Shown here: positions 55,014 to 64,000 of the stretch, one piece after another
How positions within the stretch are numbered: the first letter of the stretch is position 1
Layout: each line of letters starts with the position of its first letter
Assembly (NCBI GenBank): GCA_965232515.1
Contig: CBDDPY010000002.1
Coordinates: 6,976,001-7,040,000 of the forward strand
Source of the DNA: Alphaproteobacteria bacterium
GTDB taxonomy: Bacteria > Pseudomonadota > Alphaproteobacteria > GCA-2731375
Direction: 5' to 3'
Length of the DNA stretch: 64,000 nt
Translations under genes and position numbers: made by a program
The notes under the pieces: generated by a model
What the model was told of the DNA's origin: nothing
Seen by the model: only the letters and a program-made list of their open reading frames with translations
Databases searched by the model: none

Positions 55014-55741
55014 ACTGTCTTCCTAGTCATATATTCAATTAGATGTACGATCACTATTCGTATTTTTGCTGCTCTAGAGTGTATCTGCAAGATTTCAAAG
55101 TAGTGATCAGAGAAGCCGCCGTGCAGATTTGAGCTCTCATAGGTGTTCTCGGTTCGTTCCGGCCGATGTCCAGTTCGACGAACCGCGCCGCAGAAGTGGT
55201 TAGTGACGGTCCGGATCTCGACATTTTGTGCGAACCTGAACGACCGCTTCGGAGCCACTGCTAGCAAGGACACTATTGTCGAAACAGCCTCCTAGCCGGA
55301 AGAGGGACTCTAGTCTGCTCCCTTGTGTCCTATTAGACGAAGAAATTCAGCGCTGATCAATTTCTGATCGCTGAGCAGTTTGTCGAACAACGCCTTCTCA
55401 TGGACCTAGACCACGTCGATGCCTTGTACAGTCTGGTCGAGCAGCAGCCGTCTGTTAATCGGATCGACCATTAATTGTTGCGCTTCTATTCAATACGTAT
55501 AGACGAGAAGCTCCCGTCTCACTCGGTAGTGTCCGCTCTTTCCACACCTTTGTTGCGATCATTTTATCAATCTTGGTGCAGCGTGAAGTGAACGGTCATC
55601 TGGCGTCCGGATACATCATGTTGGCAAGTTCAAGGGGCCGCTTCACTGTACTGAACATATGTAATGAAAGCTGCAGAGCAAAAGACCGATCTGCTTTCAT
55701 TCTCGGGATAAGAGCGGCGCGCTGTTTCATTCAGTGAGCTC

Positions 55742-56947
55742 TTAATGATCCAACTCAGCCACGCTCTCATCGTAACCGGCAGTCTTAGTTTGTGGCTTTC
55801 GCCCAAACAGAACATCGCCGATTGCCGTTGAAACCATCGCATTGGCCGCCCGTACGGGATCGTCAGCCAAGTGAGCATATCGGGCCGTGGTTTGAGCCTG
55901 CGTGTGGCCAAGGAGTTTTCCGAGGATCGGCAGACTTTGGCCAAGTCCGACACCATAAGATGCGAAGGTATGGCGCAGATCATGGATACGGATGTCCTCG
56001 AGGCCGGCGCGCTTGCGAATACGGCGCCACGGCTTTTGCAGATCGGTGAGATACTCGCCGTCCTTCTTGCCCGTAATCACATACGGATTGCCCTCAATCC
56101 GCTTGATCGCTTTCAGGACAGCAATCGTGTCTTCGCTCAGATAGACAGTCTTTTCGCCTGTTTTGGAGTCAGGCAGACGGAGCACCTTGTCCTTGAGGTC
56201 AACGAAGTCCCATTTCAGTGTTTGAATTTCTCCGAGCCGACAGCCGGTTAGAATCAAGAGCCGATATGCCGCCACGGCGGAGGGGGAGTCCGCTTCCTCA
56301 GCGTCCAACGCGTCACTCAGAGCAGTCAATTCGTCAGCCGAGAGAAAGCGCTCTCGTTTTTCCTCTTTGTACTTCTTGACGCGCAGGCAAGGGTTGCTTC
56401 CTTCCTCGCGCAAACCCCAGACTTCGGCTTGGCTCATCATTTTGGAAAGAACACCGAGCGCTCTGTTGGCCTGATAGGGAATGTCCTGCAGCTTGTGATG
56501 AAAGTCGGCAACGGTCGACCGGTCTAGGTCGGCGACTTTTCGGCTTCCGATTTTCGGTTTGATGAACAGTTTGACCGCCCGGCCGTACTCGGCCTGCGTC
56601 GACGGCTTTAGATGAACCGGGACGTATTCCTTTAGAAATCGATCGCCAAGTTGGGCGACAGTCTGTCCCTTTCGGGCTTTCTTCTCCTCGCTGGCCGTGT
56701 CTATCCCTTCCACGGCGTTTGAGATGTGCCTGAATGCGAGGCGCCGGGCTTGCTCGGTTTTCATTTTACCGTGCTTGCCTAGCGTGACGAGCCGCTGTCT
56801 GCCGCTGACCCGATAGTAGGCGATGAAGGCTTTCGAGCCGCCGGCGTTAACCCGGATGCCAAAGCCTGCCAGTTCAGAATCCCAGACGGTGAACTGTTTG
56901 CCAGTGGGGGCAATGGCGTCGACTGTGCGTTGTGTGAGTTTGGGCAT
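55742..56947 (-). CDS. Tyrosine integrase with N-terminal arm-binding domain
   Basis: WDSELAGFGIRV...G.K.F; catalytic set GCR.GE, SKTG, HDLRH, LGH, RY. Confidence 0.93.
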   Translation of the reverse strand: MPKLTQRTVDAIAPTGKQFTVWDSELAGFGIRVNAGGSKAFIAYYRVSGRQRLVTLGKHGKMKTEQARRLAFRHISNAVEGIDTASEEKKARKGQTVAQLGDRFLKEYVPVHLKPSTQAEYGRAVKLFIKPKIGSRKVADLDRSTVADFHHKLQDIPYQANRALGVLSKMMSQAEVWGLREEGSNPCLRVKKYKEEKRERFLSADELTALSDALDAEEADSPSAVAAYRLLILTGCRLGEIQTLKWDFVDLKDKVLRLPDSKTGEKTVYLSEDTIAVLKAIKRIEGNPYVITGKKDGEYLTDLQKPWRRIRKRAGLEDIRIHDLRHTFASYGVGLGQSLPILGKLLGHTQAQTTARYAHLADDPVRAANAMVSTAIGDVLFGRKPQTKTAGYDESVAELDH

Positions 56948-56993
56948 CTTTAGACAAAATCTCTTGAGGCTAGCAGAACCTGAGATCCAAAAC

Positions 56994-57015
56994 TTATAGC
57001 ATATTTATAGCAGAT
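56994..57015. repeat. Tandem 11-bp repeat, candidate integrase arm sites
   Basis: TTATAGCATAT-TTATAGCAGAT between integrase and att core; near-IHF site AATCAGTACCTTG at 57080-57092. Confidence 0.55.
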
Positions 57016-57136
57016 TTTGGAGATTCGCAGTGCACTAAAATGTGCTTAAGGGTATCATCTTAAGTATTTTTGTAAATATAATCAGTACCTTGGTGAAAGA
57101 TCGTGAGAACTTGAGAACCAGCGTGAAATTCAAAAA

Positions 57137-57187
<51 letters not shown>

Positions 57188-57332
57188 ATCATCAACAATC
57201 GCAACACGCGACACCACTGGCCCGATGCCATGTCAGGCCAACGCACGGCCGTGTCCGCATAGTGTCCGAAATCCACCCGGCGGCGAATGGCCGCGTCGTC
57301 ATGGTCATGAACGTGATTGGGTGGCGACATTG

Positions 57333-60300
57333 CTACTGCGATGGCTGCCAGTTCGCTGAAATGACCGGGATCAGATCATCCTCGTAACTTTGCGGCAATG
57401 CTGTTTGCCCTGCCGATGGCGGTGAGAATGCAGCCATGGCATTGACAAGATTCTGCACTTGGCTATTCAGCAGCGTGTCACCATCGCTGGTTTCGAACAC
57501 TTCGATCTGGTGAGCCGCGTTGTCGAACCAATTCTGGATTGTTATCCGATCGTCGGTGCCAATCACGCTGACAGAAAGATCGAGACCGTCCTGTGCAAAC
57601 CAGATCTGATCATTTGTAATCGCGGCATCGAACAGAACACTATCACTGCCGGACGAAGCCGCAGATTCGATGATCGAATCATGGCCGTCGCCACGACCGA
57701 ACAAATAGATATCGCCGTCGTTACCACCGGTCAGCGTGTCGTTGCCGGCACCGCCGTCCAGCGTATCTGCGCCGACGCCGCCATCCAGGCTGTCGACTCC
57801 CAAACCACCCGACAGCACATCATCCCCGCCATTGCCGGATAACACGTCGTCGCCCGAATAGCCTCTCAGTGTGTTCGCGCTGAGATCGCCATGAAGCACA
57901 TCGGCGTAGGCCGAACCATCGACATTCTCGATCTCGAACAACAGATCACCTTCTGCGTCACCACCGGTGCCGGATCCGTTCAATAAGTCGACAGTCACGC
58001 CTGCACTCGCGTTCGTATAGTCGGCGGTGTCAGTGCCAGCCTGTTCGCTATCGCCGTAGTCAGTAACGTTGAACAATGCCAATGGCGTGTTTCCGACCAA
58101 GTCTTCGACAACACCACCCGCAGCGGCATCAAACCGATAATAGTTGGTCAAGCCGGCGGGTAGCCGATTGAGCTGCAAGGGCACGTCAAGGTCGCCCTGG
58201 ATCTCCATCGCCGTTCTGACCGCGTCGAAGAACCGAAGCTCATCAATCTCGCCCGAAAAGACCTGATTGGGATCGAAGCCGCCGCCAAGGCTATCCTGCT
58301 CTTGACCGAGTATCAGGACTCCGTTGGTTGACAGACTCGCGCCTTGCTGGAGCGTCGATGTGCCTTGAGAAGCGCCGTCAATGAAGACCTCGACTAGACC
58401 ACTTGTACTGTCCCACGTGACGGCCAGGTCGTGGGACGTTCCATCAAAGAGCGTTGTCGCGGCGTTAACGGCGAAGGTTGCCGACTGAGACTTGATGAAA
58501 ACACGCAGATCACCGGTGGCGGCAACGAACAGCAGGAGTTCATTGTCAGATCCGGCCACGGCGTAAGAGACCAGTGGGCTGCCGCTGGTGGAAATTCCGT
58601 TTGACGTGAACCGCATCTCGATGGTGAAGGCTGAGGTCGGCAATTCCGTTACGTTATTGGCTTGGGCGCGCTGATTTGTCTGGCCACCGGTGTTCAGAAC
58701 AAGCGTCCGGTCTGTATAGCGGCTGCCGCCATGCAACAAATCGGCACCTGCGCCACCAACTAGTCGGTCATCGCCTTCGTCGCCAAATAACCGATCGGCA
58801 CCATCGTTACCGATCAACGTGTCATTGCCAGCGCCGCCGGCCAAATCGTCGTCTCCGAGACCGCCAGAAAGCCTATTTTCGCCGGTGTCGCCGATTATCT
58901 GATCGTTGTGATCCGTACCGACAACATCCTCGACGTTTGTCAGCGTATCTCCTTCAGCATCACCGCCATGACCCGTACCGGCCGCAAGATCTATGTCTAC
59001 CGCAGCGCTGGAGGCGGCATAGTCGATGACGTCGACATCGGCACCGCCATCGATTGCGTCTGCTCCGGCGCCGCCGCGAAGAATGTCGGCGCCTTCATCG
59101 CCAGACAGCGTGTCGTTCCCGGCGCCACCTTCGAGTGTATCGTTTCCTTCTCGACCGGACAGTGAATCGTTCCCGCCGGCGCCTGAAAGCGTGTTGTCGA
59201 ATTCGCCGCCGACCAGGTTGTCCGCGGTATTCGATCCGACAACGTTCTCGACGTTCAGGAACGTGTCGCCCTCGGCATCGCCACCGGCGCCCGTGCTGTT
59301 GGCGAGATTGACCGTGACGCCCAAGGCCGACTCGGCGTACCAGGCCGTGTCGATGCCGTCGCCGCCGCTCAGGTGGTCGCTGCCGGCGTCGCCGATCAGA
59401 CGGTCGTCGCCGGCGTCGCCCTTGAGAATGTCGTCTCCGTCATTGCCGCGCAGGATGTCGTTGCCGGCATCGCCGGCCAGGATGTCATCGCCCGCGCCGC
59501 CGGCGAGGCTGTCGTGGCCGGCACCTCCGGTCGCGATACGATCGGGTCCGGCGAAGATTTTCGCATAGATACCCTCGAGCGAGGCGTCCTGGGCGTGCGA
59601 CGACCAGGTGACGACGAAGCCACCATCGGGACGGGCAGCGACAACCGGCATCGATTGATGGCTATAGGTCTCGTCGTTGATCTGAAACTCGCCGCCGACG
59701 GTCGCGCCAGTGGCGTCATAGCGTTGGCCGTAGATGCCATAGCCGTTGCCGTCCTGGTTCTTCGATTGCCAGACAACGACGAACCCGCCGTCAGTCAGCG
59801 CCGTTACCGAGGCGTTGTCCTGCCAGTCGGCCGTCGTCGTGTTGACCGGGAACTCGGCGCCAGCCGCATTCCCGGCGCTATCGTAGCGTTGGCCGTAGAT
59901 GCCCAAGCGGTCGCCGTCCTGGCCGTCGGACTGCCAGACGATGACAAGGCTGTTGTCTGACTGCACGGCCGCTGACGCCTCGCGTTGATCGCCGATTGTT
60001 GTGGTGTTAACGGGGAACTCGGATCCGACTTCCGTGCCATTCGCATCGTAGCGCTGTCCGTAAATACCGCGGCCGCTGCCGTCCTGGTCCACCGACTCCC
60101 AGACGACCAGGAAGCCGTCGCCCGACAACGGCACGACCCAGGGATAAGCCTGCGTGCTTGTGGTGTGAGTGTTGACCTGGAATTCGCCGTCGACCGCCGT
60201 ACCGCTGGCGTCGTAGCGCTGACCGAAGATGTCGAAGTAGTTGTTGACGTCCAGATGCGCCGTGTCCCAGATCGCAACGAATCCGCCGCCGTCCAAGGCC

Positions 60301-63300
60301 GCGAGCGATGGACGGGATTGTCCCCGCGTCGTACTGGTATGGATCTGGAATTCGTTGCCGGCTGCGGCGCCAGTGGCGTCGTAGCGCTGGCCATAGACCC
60401 CGGCGCCGTCGCCGTCCTGGTTCAAGGACTCCCAGGCAACCACGAAGCCGTGATCGGCCAGCACGGTGACGGTCGGCGCCGTCTGCTGGTTGGCTGTGGT
60501 TGTGTTGACCAGGAATTCTGACCCGACGGTATGGCCATCGGCGTCGTAGCGCTGGCCATAGATACCGTCGCTCGAGCCATCCTGGCCATCCGAGACCCAG
60601 ACGATGACAAACCCGCCGTCGCTGAACACGGCGGCAGATGGCTCGTTCTGCGCATTGGGCGTATGGCTGTTGACCGCAAACTCCGGTTCCGACGGACCCA
60701 CCACATCGATTGTGATCGTGGCGACGGAGACGTTGCCGTCGGCGTCGGTGACCTTGTAGTCGAAGCTGTCGGCGCCGGCGTAGCCCGCCGCCGGCGTATA
60801 GGACCAGGAGCCGTTGGCATTCAGCGTCAGCGTGCCGTGCGCCGGGCCCCTGGCCTGGGCATAGGTCAGCAGCTCCGGCGACGTTGCGTCATCGATCGCC
60901 CAGAGCTGGCCGGCGACCGTGCCATCCATGCTGACCGATGCAACGCCGTCCATCGCCTCGGGCAGTGCCGCAACAACGACATCGCCGTCGGCAAAGCGTA
61001 GCTTTTCGATACCGGTCAGACGATCCGTGCCGTCGGCCGGTGCCGCCCGTCGGTCTTCGACGATCGTCTCGACGCCATTCCGTCGCACCCAATAGTCGGC
61101 GATGTTGCCGCCATAGGCTGCGACGTCGGTGCCCGCACCGCCATCGAGAACATCATCGCCGCCATTGCCGCGAAGGACATCGTCGCCCGCGCCGCCGATC
61201 AGCGTGTCGCCGACAGCGCCGCCAGCCAGCCCATCGTTGCCGTCACTGCCGGAAAGATCTTGACCTTGCCCTTCGTAGACCTTGGCGAACACGCCATAGT
61301 CGCTGCCGTCCTGGCCTAGTGACGACCAGGCAACGGAAAACCCACCGTCAGGCCGGGACCAAACCGCTGGATTGGATTGGGCACCGGCGCTGTAGTCGCT
61401 AATTCGGAACTCGTCGCCGATACTGTTGCCTGCCGAGTTATAGCGTCGGCCATAAACGCCGTTGTCCGACCCATCTTGGCCAAAGGAACGCCAGCTGACG
61501 ATAAAACCGCCATCCGCAAGTCCGGCTGCGACCGGCACGTGCTGACTATCCGTCGTGTAGCTGTTGACCTGGAACTCACCGCCGATCGTGTTGCCGGCAT
61601 TGTCATATCGCTGCCCGAAGATGCCAAAGCTCGAACCATCTTGGCCGTCCGAGGGCCAGACAACCACGAAGCCACCACCCGACATTGCTGCTACGGACGG
61701 GACGTTCTGCACGCCTGTGGTGTAGACATTGTTGACACGGAACTCGGTGCTCAGCGCCGTACCGTTGGCATCGAAACGCTGGCCATAGATGCTGCTGGCG
61801 CTCCCATCCTGGCCTTCCGACTGCCAGACCACAACAAGACTGCCGTCCGATAGTTCGGCAGCGGACGGGTTGGCTTGCTCTCCGATCGTATGGCTATTGA
61901 TGCCGAATTCACCACCGACCTTCATGCCGGTTGCGTCATAGCGTTGCCCATATACTCCTGCCAGATCGCCGTCTTGGCCCCGACTGCTCCAAGCCACGAC
62001 AAAGCCTCCGTTGGACAAGGATGCAATCCAAGGTTCGGTTTGGTCGCCTGTCGTGTAGGTGTTGATCTGAAACTCATTACCGGTTTTGTTGCCGGCCGCG
62101 TCGAAACGCTGGCCAAAGACGCCGAGTGCACTTCCGTCCTGGCCGTAGGAGCGCCAGGCCGACACGAATCCGCCATCCGCCAGGGCGGCGACAAATGGGC
62201 GCGACTGATCGCTCGTTGCGTACGAGTTTATCTGAAACTCTTGACCAAGCTTCGCGCCATTCGCATCGAACCGCTGACCGAAAACGCTACTGGAACTGCC
62301 ATCCTGCACGTCTGAGCGCCAGATAACCACAATGCTGCCGTCCGATAGGGTTGCGATCGACGGCTCGCGCTGAATGCCGCTCGTATAGCTGTTGACCTGG
62401 AATTCGGTGTCGCCGAAGACCTTGGTGTAGATGCCATAGTCGCTGCCGTCCTGGCCGAACGAATGCCAGGCCGCAACAAAGCCGCCGTCCGGGCGGCCGG
62501 CGACAACCGAAAAGCTCTGGTCGCCGGCCGTGTAATCGTTCAACCGGAACTCTTTGCCGACCCGGTTGCCGGCCGCGTCGTAACGCTGGGCATAGGCGCC
62601 GCTGCCGCTAACGCCGCCGTCCTGGAGGTCGGACGACCAACTGACGAGGAAGCCGCCGTCTGCCATGGCGGTAATCGTTGGTACGGACTGCGCGCCCGTC
62701 GTATAGGTATTGACCTGGAACTCGCCACCTACCGTCGCGCCGATGCCATCGTAGCGCTGGCCATAAATGCCGTAGCTGCTGCCGTCCTGGCCCAGCGACT
62801 GCCAGATGGCAACGAAACCGCCGTCCGCCAGCGCCGCGGCGGCAGGATAGGACTGGATGTCGTTCGAATACGTGTTGATCTCGAACTCGCCGCCGACAGC
62901 GACTCCCGTCACATCAAAGCGTTGGCCGGTAATGCCCTGAATGCTGCCGTCCTGCGACGACGCCCAGATCACGGCAAAGCCGCCGCCCGCCAGACCGACA
63001 ACCGCCGGGTCGCGCTGATCGCCAACCGTCGTGGTGTTGATCCGGAACTCGCCGCCGACGGTGGCACCGCTGGCATCGTAACGCTGCCCATAGACGCCAT
63101 AGCTATCGCCGTCCTGAAGGTTTGACCGCCAGGCGACGACGAAACCGCCGTCCGCCAACGCGCCGACCGCCGAAACGTTCTGAACGTCGGCAGTATGGGT
63201 ATTGACGCGGAACTCATTGCCGACGGCCATGCCGCTGGCGTCGTAGCGCCGCCCGTAGATACCGAGATTGCTGCCGTCCTGTTCGGACGAGTGCCAGACA

Positions 63301-64000
63301 ACGACGAAGCCGCCACCCGAGAGTGCGGTTATTCGCGGATCATATTGACCATCGACGTTGTATGTATTGACGCGGAACTCGGCATCGATCGCGTTGCCAA
63401 TGGCATCGAACCGCTGGCCGTAGACGCCGTATCCCGATCCATCCTGGCCGTCCGAGCGCCAAACCACCACATGGCCGCCGTCGGGCAGGACCGCAATCGA
63501 TGGCGTCGACTGTATGCCCGCCGTATAGCTGTTGACCTCGACTTCTTCGCCCAACGCAATGCCGCTTTCCGTCGGCCTCACGTCGATGGCGACGCGGGCA
63601 ACCGAGACGTTGCCGTCGCCGTCGGTGACCTTGTAGTCGAAGCTGTCGGCGCCGGTGTAGCCAGGATTCGGGGTGTAGGACCACGAGCCATCGGCATTGA
63701 GGGTCAGTGTGCCGTTTGCCGGGCCCTTTGCCTGGGCGTAGGTCAGCAGTTCCGGAGACGTCGCCTCGTCGATCGCACCCAGCTGGCCGTTGACCGTGGC
63801 GTCCTTGCCGACCGCTGCAACGCCATCCACCGCTTCCGGCAGCAATGCCACATCGACGTCGCCGTTAGCAAAGCGCAGCGTTTCAATAGCGGTCAAACGA
63901 TCCGTGCCGTCCGCCGGCGATACCCGCCGGTCCTCGACGACCGTCTCAAGGCCATTCCGCCGTACCCAATAATCCGCGATGTTGCCGCCATAGACCGCGA
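57333..64000 (-). CDS. Giant RTX/T1SS-secreted adhesin-like protein, 5' end off the window
   Basis: Frame stays open to the window edge; GGxGxD repeats, Ig/cadherin-like units (GTLTLNA.GSWSYTP...G.DSFDYKVTD), 21 repeats of about 55 aa, pentraxin/LamG-like domain, C-terminal LVNAMAAF...ISANW secretion-type tail. Confidence 0.9.
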   Translation of the reverse strand, partial: AVYGGNIADYWVRRNGLETVVEDRRVSPADGTDRLTAIETLRFANGDVDVALLPEAVDGVAAVGKDATVNGQLGAIDEATSPELLTYAQAKGPANGTLTLNADGSWSYTPNPGYTGADSFDYKVTDGDGNVSVARVAIDVRPTESGIALGEEVEVNSYTAGIQSTPSIAVLPDGGHVVVWRSDGQDGSGYGVYGQRFDAIGNAIDAEFRVNTYNVDGQYDPRITALSGGGFVVVWHSSEQDGSNLGIYGRRYDASGMAVGNEFRVNTHTADVQNVSAVGALADGGFVVAWRSNLQDGDSYGVYGQRYDASGATVGGEFRINTTTVGDQRDPAVVGLAGGGFAVIWASSQDGSIQGITGQRFDVTGVAVGGEFEINTYSNDIQSYPAAAALADGGFVAIWQSLGQDGSSYGIYGQRYDGIGATVGGEFQVNTYTTGAQSVPTITAMADGGFLVSWSSDLQDGGVSGSGAYAQRYDAAGNRVGKEFRLNDYTAGDQSFSVVAGRPDGGFVAAWHSFGQDGSDYGIYTKVFGDTEFQVNSYTSGIQREPSIATLSDGSIVVIWRSDVQDGSSSSVFGQRFDANGAKLGQEFQINSYATSDQSRPFVAALADGGFVSAWRSYGQDGSALGVFGQRFDAAGNKTGNEFQINTYTTGDQTEPWIASLSNGGFVVAWSSRGQDGDLAGVYGQRYDATGMKVGGEFGINSHTIGEQANPSAAELSDGSLVVVWQSEGQDGSASSIYGQRFDANGTALSTEFRVNNVYTTGVQNVPSVAAMSGGGFVVVWPSDGQDGSSFGIFGQRYDNAGNTIGGEFQVNSYTTDSQHVPVAAGLADGGFIVSWRSFGQDGSDNGVYGRRYNSAGNSIGDEFRISDYSAGAQSNPAVWSRPDGGFSVAWSSLGQDGSDYGVFAKVYEGQGQDLSGSDGNDGLAGGAVGDTLIGGAGDDVLRGNGGDDVLDGGAGTDVAAYGGNIADYWVRRNGVETIVEDRRAAPADGTDRLTGIEKLRFADGDVVVAALPEAMDGVASVSMDGTVAGQLWAIDDATSPELLTYAQARGPAHGTLTLNANGSWSYTPAAGYAGADSFDYKVTDADGNVSVATITIDVVGPSEPEFAVNSHTPNAQNEPSAAVFSDGGFVIVWVSDGQDGSSDGIYGQRYDADGHTVGSEFLVNTTTANQQTAPTVTVLADHGFVVAWESLNQDGDGAGVYGQRYDATGAAAGNEFQIHTSTTRGQSRPSLAALDGGGFVAIWDTAHLDVNNYFDIFGQRYDASGTAVDGEFQVNTHTTSTQAYPWVVPLSGDGFLVVWESVDQDGSGRGIYGQRYDANGTEVGSEFPVNTTTIGDQREASAAVQSDNSLVIVWQSDGQDGDRLGIYGQRYDSAGNAAGAEFPVNTTTADWQDNASVTALTDGGFVVVWQSKNQDGNGYGIYGQRYDATGATVGGEFQINDETYSHQSMPVVAARPDGGFVVTWSSHAQDASLEGIYAKIFAGPDRIATGGAGHDSLAGGAGDDILAGDAGNDILRGNDGDDILKGDAGDDRLIGDAGSDHLSGGDGIDTAWYAESALGVTVNLANSTGAGGDAEGDTFLNVENVVGSNTADNLVGGEFDNTLSGAGGNDSLSGREGNDTLEGGAGNDTLSGDEGADILRGGAGADAIDGGADVDVIDYAASSAAVDIDLAAGTGHGGDAEGDTLTNVEDVVGTDHNDQIIGDTGENRLSGGLGDDDLAGGAGNDTLIGNDGADRLFGDEGDDRLVGGAGADLLHGGSRYTDRTLVLNTGGQTNQRAQANNVTELPTSAFTIEMRFTSNGISTSGSPLVSYAVAGSDNELLLFVAATGDLRVFIKSQSATFAVNAATTLFDGTSHDLAVTWDSTSGLVEVFIDGASQGTSTLQQGASLSTNGVLILGQEQDSLGGGFDPNQVFSGEIDELRFFDAVRTAMEIQGDLDVPLQLNRLPAGLTNYYRFDAAAGGVVEDLVGNTPLALFNVTDYGDSEQAGTDTADYTNASAGVTVDLLNGSGTGGDAEGDLLFEIENVDGSAYADVLHGDLSANTLRGYSGDDVLSGNGGDDVLSGGLGVDSLDGGVGADTLDGGAGNDTLTGGNDGDIYLFGRGDGHDSIIESAASSGSDSVLFDAAITNDQIWFAQDGLDLSVSVIGTDDRITIQNWFDNAAHQIEVFETSDGDTLLNSQVQNLVNAMAAFSPPSAGQTALPQSYEDDLIPVISANWQPSQ

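Noticed and set aside
55014-55741. Small ORFs or repeat elements between Lamassu and the integrase
   Set aside because: ORFs lack RBS and motifs; short partial repeats (e.g. TAGACGA twice) are too weak to call.
59540-63560. CRISPR-like or non-coding repeat array
   Set aside because: Repeats are degenerate, in-frame protein repeats of about 165 bp; no cas genes.

Overview
GC-rich alphaproteobacterial DNA. Bases 1-57186 read as the right-hand part of an integrative conjugative element (ICE) of the ICEMlSym/Tn4371-like type. It ends in a tyrosine integrase and a 50-bp 3' fragment of initiator tRNA-Met (att site). No matching att copy was seen, so the other end is probably left of the window. 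From left to right: (i) an iron-uptake island with two FecI-FecR-TonB-receptor cascades, PepSY genes and exbB-exbD-exbD-tonB, with Fur-like boxes; (ii) a co-oriented leading region with a C-protein-like XRE regulator, PAPS-reductase-like gene, ParB-like gene, ardC, small acidic ORFs, methylase-helicase, SLOG/DUF2493 and DUF736, punctuated by conserved hairpin elements and interrupted by a DUF2946(RAPP)-TonB receptor-PepSY cassette; (iii) a frameshift-split fseA-like activator, rdfS, traF, an RP4-like oriT, relaxase, traG and the trb operon; (iv) a three-gene Lamassu/ABC-3C defence system whose SMC-like subunit has no CxxC hook. Beyond the att site is the C-terminal part of a giant RTX adhesin with three 7-repeat blocks and a pentraxin-like domain. 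The most notable observations are a three-copy structured leader plus other hairpins in the region predicted to be transferred first, two distinct ECF promoter motifs, a perfect CtrA box before traG, and the hook-less Lamassu. All family assignments come from motif recognition by eye; no searches were run.
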